DNA from: an uncultured bacterium
GTDB lineage: Bacteria > Acidobacteriota > Thermoanaerobaculia > Multivoradales > JAHZIX01
DNA length: 64,000 bases
Assembly (NCBI GenBank): GCA_965368975.1
Contig: CBDUPA010000009.1
Coordinates: 128,001 to 192,000, forward strand
Direction of reading: 5' to 3'
Shown here: positions 58,700 to 64,000 of the stretch, piece by piece
Layout: every line of letters starts with the position of its first letter
Numbering within the stretch: the first letter of the stretch is position 1
The notes under the pieces: model-generated
Databases searched by the model: none
What the model saw: only the letters and a program-made list of their open reading frames with translations
Told to the model about the DNA's origin: nothing
Program-made: the position numbers and the translations under genes

Positions 58700-60133
58700 G
58701 TGATCCAGCTCGCGTTTGATCGCGGCACGCTGAAGCTGCATGCCTCAACGCCCGTCGACCTCGACTCGCCACCCGACTCGCCACCGCTGCCCACCGGCGC
58801 GACACTTCCCGGCTGCCGCTTCGACAAGCGCACCAAGTGCTGGCGCGCACCGGCGCACGCGTATCGCCAGATCATCCTCACCCTGCGCGGCGCCGAGGTC
58901 GAGTACCTGGACGACGCCCGTGCCTACGACAAACTCGACTTCGAACGCCAGCTGATCCGCAAGCCGTTCCCGCACCAGCAGGAGGCGGTCGAGGCGTGGT
59001 GGACGGGCTCCCCGGCCGCCGGTGACACGGTGGCCGAGCGGCGGGGCAAGGGAGTCGTGGTATTGCCGACGGGCGCGGGCAAGACGTTCTTGGCCCACTT
59101 GGCAATGGAGAAGGCCGGCTGCAGTACGCTGGTGATCACACCAACGCTGGACCTGATGCAGCAGTGGTACAGCGGCCTGCTCGACGGCTTCGACATCGAC
59201 GTGGGGCTGATCGGCGGCGGCTACTACGAGCCGAAGGCGGTCACGGTGACAACCTACGATTCGGCCTACATCCACATGGAGCGCCTCGGGAACCGCTACG
59301 GCCTGCTGGTGTTCGACGAGTGCCACCACCTGCCGGGACCATCCTACGCTAGTGCCGCCGAGTGCTCCCTGGCGCCCTTTCGGCTCGGCCTCACCGCGAC
59401 GCCGGAGCGCGAGGACGGGGAAGAGCGCCAGTACGAGTGGCTGATCGGGCCGACGGTCTATCGACGCGAGATCCGGGAGCTGGCAGGCAGCTATCTGGCG
59501 GACTACGAGACGATCCAAGTGCCGGTGCGCCTGTCTGACGAAGAGCGGCGCGAGTACGAGGAGACGCGGGCGGTGTATCTGGCCTTCGTACAGCGCCAAG
59601 GGTTACAACTCGGTTCGCCGCAAGGCTGGCGCATGTTTCTCATGGCGACTTCGCGCTCGCGCCAGGGGCGCGAGGCGTTTCTCGCCTATCAGACGCAGAA
59701 GCGGATCGCGCAGGCATCCGAAGGCAAACTACGCAAGCTCGAACAGCTGATGGCGCGCCACCGGCACGATCGGGTGCTGATCTTCACCCACGACAACGCC
59801 ACGGTGTACCGCATCTCGCGGCAATACCTGGTCCCAGCGATCACGCACCAGACCAAGGTGAAAGAGCGGCACGACCTGCTGCGCGGCTTCAACGACGGCG
59901 AGTTCCCCTTCCTGGTGACGTCGAAGGTGCTCAACGAAGGCGTCGACGTGCCTGCGGCCAACGTCGGGATCGTGCTTTCGGGCAGCGGCAGCGTGCGCGA
60001 GCACGTGCAACGGCTGGGGCGCATCCTGCGCAAGGCCGAGGACAAACAGGCGGTGCTGTACGAGGTGGTGTCGGAAGATACGGCCGAGCGTTACGTCAGC
60101 CAGCGGCGCAGGAGGCACGGTGCTTACCAGTGA
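58700..60133 (+). CDS. XPB/Rad25-like superfamily 2 helicase
   Basis: LPTGAGKT, DECHH, GLTATPER, LNEGVDVP, QRLGRILR. Confidence 0.92.
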   Translation: MIQLAFDRGTLKLHASTPVDLDSPPDSPPLPTGATLPGCRFDKRTKCWRAPAHAYRQIILTLRGAEVEYLDDARAYDKLDFERQLIRKPFPHQQEAVEAWWTGSPAAGDTVAERRGKGVVVLPTGAGKTFLAHLAMEKAGCSTLVITPTLDLMQQWYSGLLDGFDIDVGLIGGGYYEPKAVTVTTYDSAYIHMERLGNRYGLLVFDECHHLPGPSYASAAECSLAPFRLGLTATPEREDGEERQYEWLIGPTVYRREIRELAGSYLADYETIQVPVRLSDEERREYEETRAVYLAFVQRQGLQLGSPQGWRMFLMATSRSRQGREAFLAYQTQKRIAQASEGKLRKLEQLMARHRHDRVLIFTHDNATVYRISRQYLVPAITHQTKVKERHDLLRGFNDGEFPFLVTSKVLNEGVDVPAANVGIVLSGSGSVREHVQRLGRILRKAEDKQAVLYEVVSEDTAERYVSQRRRRHGAYQ

Positions 60134-61400
60134 CCTGATCCGCGCGCGGCTCTACCAAGGCGTCATCAAGCCGAGCTACGTCAAGGAAGACGAGGATCTC
60201 CTGCGTCTGGCCGAGACGCTGATCGACATCTTCCAGCGGCATGTCGGCCGAGCGCGCCACGAGCTGGATGCGGAGCTCAAAGAGCAGATCGGCTCGGGTA
60301 CCGAGTTTCTGCTCCATCGCGGGCTGGCCAAGTTGCTCTACGACCGCTGCGAGCTGGACACCCACGCCAGTGTCGAGCCGGACGTGCTGCGCCAGGTTGC
60401 GTTCGAGACAGCCGCGCGCGCCTGGCGAGCGCCGCTGCCAGCCGCGGTAGGAGACGCCGCGGACTCCCTGCCCAGCCGCGCCTTCCACTTCGACCGCGCG
60501 GCGGTGATCGACGAAGTGGTGCGGTCTCACGAGTTCGACGACGACGACGAGGACGGACCGGTCCGGTTGGATGCCGGGCGCTTCGAGCACAACCTCTACG
60601 CCGACCTCAAGGACCAGCAGGTCTTGCAGCGCGTCGAACCATGTTCGCCGGAATGGCTCCTGCGGCGCTACAACACGGCGCTCGCACAGGCGGTGCTGCT
60701 GCGCGCGGTCGAACTCGAAATCGACATTCGCGGCCAGGAACCACAGCAATACCGGGCGCTGTGGCGCAAGATCAAGTTCTTCCAGCTACTCTACCGTGTC
60801 AAGGGTGATGCCGACTCCGGCTACCAGCTGCGCCTCGACGGGCCGCTCTCGCTCTTCCAATCGAGCCAGCGCTACGGGCTCCAGATGGCGTCGTTCCTGC
60901 CGACGTTGTTGCACTTCCGCGGCTGGACGTTGGAGGCCAGCGTGCGCTGGGGCAAGCGACGGCGGGCGACCTTCCAGCTCGATGATCGCAGCGGCCTGAC
61001 GCCGCACACCCGGCTCACCGGCCAGTGGCAACCAGAGGAGCTGCGGGCGTTCCCGGGGCAGTTCCGCAAGCTCGAGTCAGATTGGCGGGTGTCGGAGGAC
61101 GGTGAGTTGATCGACCTGGGTGGGGAAGGAGTGCTGGTGCCGGACTTCGTGTTCGAGCATCCGCTCACGGGCACGCGCGTCGCCTTCGAGCTCTTCGGCT
61201 TCTGGAACCGCGGCGCCGTCAAGGGGCGGCTACGACAGCTGCGCAAACATGGTCCCGAGAATCTCCTGCTCGGGCTGTCGAAGGCGCTGGCGGCCGGCGA
61301 GGAGGTCGAAGAACTGGAAGCGATGGGGACGGAGGTCTATGTCTTCCGCTCCACCCCCATCGCGCGCCGAGTTCTCAAGCGTTTGCGAGCCTTTCTCTAG
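60120..61400 (+). CDS. DUF790 family (Bax1-like) nuclease
   Basis: MLTSDL start, LYADL, RYNTALAQAVL, LDGPLSLF..RYG, VPDF..ELFGFW; overlaps the helicase. Confidence 0.88.
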   Translation: MLTSDLIRARLYQGVIKPSYVKEDEDLLRLAETLIDIFQRHVGRARHELDAELKEQIGSGTEFLLHRGLAKLLYDRCELDTHASVEPDVLRQVAFETAARAWRAPLPAAVGDAADSLPSRAFHFDRAAVIDEVVRSHEFDDDDEDGPVRLDAGRFEHNLYADLKDQQVLQRVEPCSPEWLLRRYNTALAQAVLLRAVELEIDIRGQEPQQYRALWRKIKFFQLLYRVKGDADSGYQLRLDGPLSLFQSSQRYGLQMASFLPTLLHFRGWTLEASVRWGKRRRATFQLDDRSGLTPHTRLTGQWQPEELRAFPGQFRKLESDWRVSEDGELIDLGGEGVLVPDFVFEHPLTGTRVAFELFGFWNRGAVKGRLRQLRKHGPENLLLGLSKALAAGEEVEELEAMGTEVYVFRSTPIARRVLKRLRAFL

Positions 61401-61420
61401 GCATGGCTCTAGGCCCGGCT

Positions 61421-62275
61421 CTAATCGTCCGCGTAGGTGATCTCCAGCATCCGAATGCGGCGCAAGGACAGCCAGGCCGCCAGGGCGATCATCACGAGCA
61501 GACCCGGCACGGCCAGCCACGCCGGGGTTGGCTTGACCAGAATCTCGAACATCTGGCCTCCGGTGCGCACCGGCACCAGGGACATCAGGTAGTGGATGAT
61601 GCTGATCTTCTTCAGTGCGACCGGCAACAGCGGGTTGATGAGCTCCCACACGGCGAGCGCCACTGGCGGCCAGACGGGGTTGCGGAAGTAAAGCCCGAAG
61701 AGCATGAAGAGCGCTCCGTAGCCGGCACAACCCAGCACTGTGACACCGAGATACGCCAGGTAGTGCCCGACCACGGTGCTCGCTTCAGGGGTTCCCGGTA
61801 GGCCGGCCATCACCAGCCCGTAGGTGCACGTCATCGACAGGCCGAGGACGACCACGGAGCTGGCCAGGCCGGCCAGGAACTTGGACGAGACCAGGATCTC
61901 GCGCCGCACCGGGCACAGGAAGTAATAGTGCAGACTGCGGTCCATCAGGTCGCCACGGAACAGCTGCATGAAGAGAAACAGGCAGCTGAGGAAGATGGCG
62001 GTGATGAAGTAGGAGCTGAAGAGAACACCGAAGAACATCGTCGGGTTACCCCGATCCCCGGAGGTGATGTTGAGCACCACCAACATGGCGATCAGCAAGC
62101 CGACCGGCAGGAGCGCCAGGATGTACATCGGCAGAGCTCGCAAGCTGAGAATGTTCTTGCGGATCTCTAGCCGCAGGATGCCGAGAACCTGATTGCGGTA
62201 GAGCTGCCGGGGCTCGCTCGGCAGCTCGTGCGCCGGCTCGAGGGAGGTCAAGGAAGGTGCAGTCGTCGTGGTCAT
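61421..62275 (-). CDS. ABC transporter permease
   Basis: Multiple TMs; DRSLHYYFLCPVRR...SKF. Confidence 0.85.
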   Translation of the reverse strand: MTTTTAPSLTSLEPAHELPSEPRQLYRNQVLGILRLEIRKNILSLRALPMYILALLPVGLLIAMLVVLNITSGDRGNPTMFFGVLFSSYFITAIFLSCLFLFMQLFRGDLMDRSLHYYFLCPVRREILVSSKFLAGLASSVVVLGLSMTCTYGLVMAGLPGTPEASTVVGHYLAYLGVTVLGCAGYGALFMLFGLYFRNPVWPPVALAVWELINPLLPVALKKISIIHYLMSLVPVRTGGQMFEILVKPTPAWLAVPGLLVMIALAAWLSLRRIRMLEITYADD

Positions 62276-62279
62276 GGCT

Positions 62280-63365
62280 TCAGACCTCCGGCTCGGGCTG
62301 GATCAGCTCATCGCCGCTGATCAGATAACGGTACACCGCCTGCACATCATCGTCCGCGGGTGCGACGGTCTCGACGTGGAGTTCCATGTCGGTCACCAGT
62401 TGATTGAAATCTAGGAAGAAGCGGTCGGCGTCGCGCGTCTGCACCAACAGGCCTCGACGATCCTCGTGCAGCTCTACCGACACCGTCGCCGGCAGTGCAA
62501 ACAGCCTTGCTGCCAGCGTCGGCGCCTGGTCGCAGCGCAGCAGCACCTGCATCGGGTGCTCCTTCATCTCGTCGCGGACACCGTGGATGTTGCCCTCGGC
62601 GACCACGTAGCCACTGTTGAGCAGCACCACACGGTCGGAGATCATGTCGACTTCGTGCAAGATGTGGCTCGAGATGATCAGGTGCCGCCCCTCGTCACGC
62701 AGCTCTTTGAACAGCGCGATGATCTCGGCACGCGCCATCGGATCGAGTCCGTTGAGCGGCTCATCGAGCACCAGCACGTTCGGCTCGTGGCACATCGCTT
62801 GCGCCAGCTTGATGCGCTGACGCATGCCCTTGCTGAAGCCAGCCACCTTGCGGTGCGCCGCCTCGGCGAGGTTGACGCGCTCGATGGAGCGCCAGGCCAG
62901 ACCGTCGGCCACCGCATGGTCGTAGCCGTGGACACGCAGATAGGCGTAGAGGAAGCCGTGGCCAGTGAGATCCGGGAAGGAGTCGTACTGACTACAGAAA
63001 CCGACGCGCCGAAACATGTCTTGCGGCTCCGTGGGGTCAGTACTCAGAACCGTCACGGTTCCTTGTGTCGGCCGCAGCAAGCCGGTCATCAGGTTCATCA
63101 GCGTGCTCTTGCCAGACCCATTGGGCCCGACCAGAGAGATGATCCCGGGTTCGAGCGTCAGGCTGACGCGATTGACCCCCAAAACCTCGCCGTAGAAACG
63201 GGAGACATCCTCGAAGACGATGCAACAGGACGGGTCGACTCCCGGAGCCGGGTCTTGGCTCGCGTTCGACTCGACGACGATGCGGTCAGCACCGACCTGC
63301 TCGGCGGGAAGCTCGGCAAGCGGCTGTGCCGGTTGCGCGGGATGTTGTTGGTTCTGCGGGTCCAT
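62280..63365 (-). CDS. ABC transporter ATP-binding protein
   Basis: GPNGSGKS, FSKGMRQR, LDEPLNGLDP, SSHIL; ATG at 63365. Confidence 0.93.
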   Translation of the reverse strand: MDPQNQQHPAQPAQPLAELPAEQVGADRIVVESNASQDPAPGVDPSCCIVFEDVSRFYGEVLGVNRVSLTLEPGIISLVGPNGSGKSTLMNLMTGLLRPTQGTVTVLSTDPTEPQDMFRRVGFCSQYDSFPDLTGHGFLYAYLRVHGYDHAVADGLAWRSIERVNLAEAAHRKVAGFSKGMRQRIKLAQAMCHEPNVLVLDEPLNGLDPMARAEIIALFKELRDEGRHLIISSHILHEVDMISDRVVLLNSGYVVAEGNIHGVRDEMKEHPMQVLLRCDQAPTLAARLFALPATVSVELHEDRRGLLVQTRDADRFFLDFNQLVTDMELHVETVAPADDDVQAVYRYLISGDELIQPEPEV

Positions 63366-64000
63366 CACACCACCTCGTAGGCCCGCACTTTGCGGGAAAG
63401 TAGGAAGACGCAGAAAGCGCACACCAGAACGATCATGAACAGCGCCGCGCCAAGCGGCACGCTCTGCGCATCCACGGGTTGCCGGAAGAGGGCGGCCCAC
63501 AGGCGCTCGTTGATCGCGAACAAGTCGACCAGGCTGCCCCACTCGCGTCCTCCCGACGGAATGAACAGGGCGTTGACCAGCGCACCGATGGCGGCGGAGC
63601 CGAAGAAGACGCCGAACATCGACAGCCGGGCAATCGCCTTCCACTTCACCCACACCGACATCGCCAGACCGATCAGGCCGAGCTGCAGGATCCACAGCAC
63701 CGTCGACCCCAGGATGGCCGGGATCAGCCACAGGTGCTCGCTCGCCCAGCCGCCGGAGTGCATGACCGCCTGCAGCTCCCACAGGCTCAGCAGCGGCATC
63801 CAGGTGATGGCGGACAGCAGCAAGCCAGCAACGCAGAGCTTGGCCGCCACGTATTCGCCGCGGGTGAATGGCCGACTGAGGTAGAGCGGCAGAGCATTGT
63901 TGCGCAGGTCCGGGGCCACCAACGAGGGTCCCAGGAAGATGGCCATGAAGAAGGCGAAGACCATCTGCACGTTGCTGAAGTTGTAGAAGAAGCTCGGGCC
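63365..64000 (-). CDS. ABC transporter permease (5' end outside window)
   Basis: DLRNNALPLYLSRPFTRGEYVAAK; multiple TMs. Confidence 0.85.
   Translation of the reverse strand, partial: GPSFFYNFSNVQMVFAFFMAIFLGPSLVAPDLRNNALPLYLSRPFTRGEYVAAKLCVAGLLLSAITWMPLLSLWELQAVMHSGGWASEHLWLIPAILGSTVLWILQLGLIGLAMSVWVKWKAIARLSMFGVFFGSAAIGALVNALFIPSGGREWGSLVDLFAINERLWAALFRQPVDAQSVPLGAALFMIVLVCAFCVFLLSRKVRAYEVV

Overview
GC-rich bacterial chromosome segment, probably Acidobacteriota (inferred from a GWxTD-VWA protein, a TonB receptor and tandem lepB genes). Most of the window is housekeeping: ruvB, gltX, a rearranged origin-type cluster (rpmH-rnpA-yidD-yidC-jag-2x parS-rsmG-parA-parB, with no dnaA/mnmE/mnmG), two tRNA-Ser, tadA, tmRNA, mtnA, cutA, an amidase, mobA, tex, solA, an XPB-like helicase with DUF790, and an ABC transporter. 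The standout is a ~9.3 kb island (about 7.3-16.6 kb) that looks like a diversity-generating retroelement (DGR) acting on immune-type proteins. Two convergent NLR-like genes (SIR2-NACHT-CLec and Mrr/TIR-like-NACHT-CLec) end in adenine-depleted variable regions that differ almost only at non-synonymous positions. Each gene is followed by a copy of the same ~300-nt hairpin-rich non-coding element. These two copies form long inverted repeats around a cassette made of an HTH/Avd-like gene joined out of frame to an N-terminally truncated DGR-type reverse transcriptase. I see no template repeat in the window; it may have been lost by a microhomology deletion. Other notable items are a PEARL-like stand-alone LanB at the left edge, a mini-YidC paralog with only synonymous changes in its core, and an AAA-ATPase-like peptide embedded in one NLR-like gene. 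All calls come from reading motifs by eye; no database searches were run.
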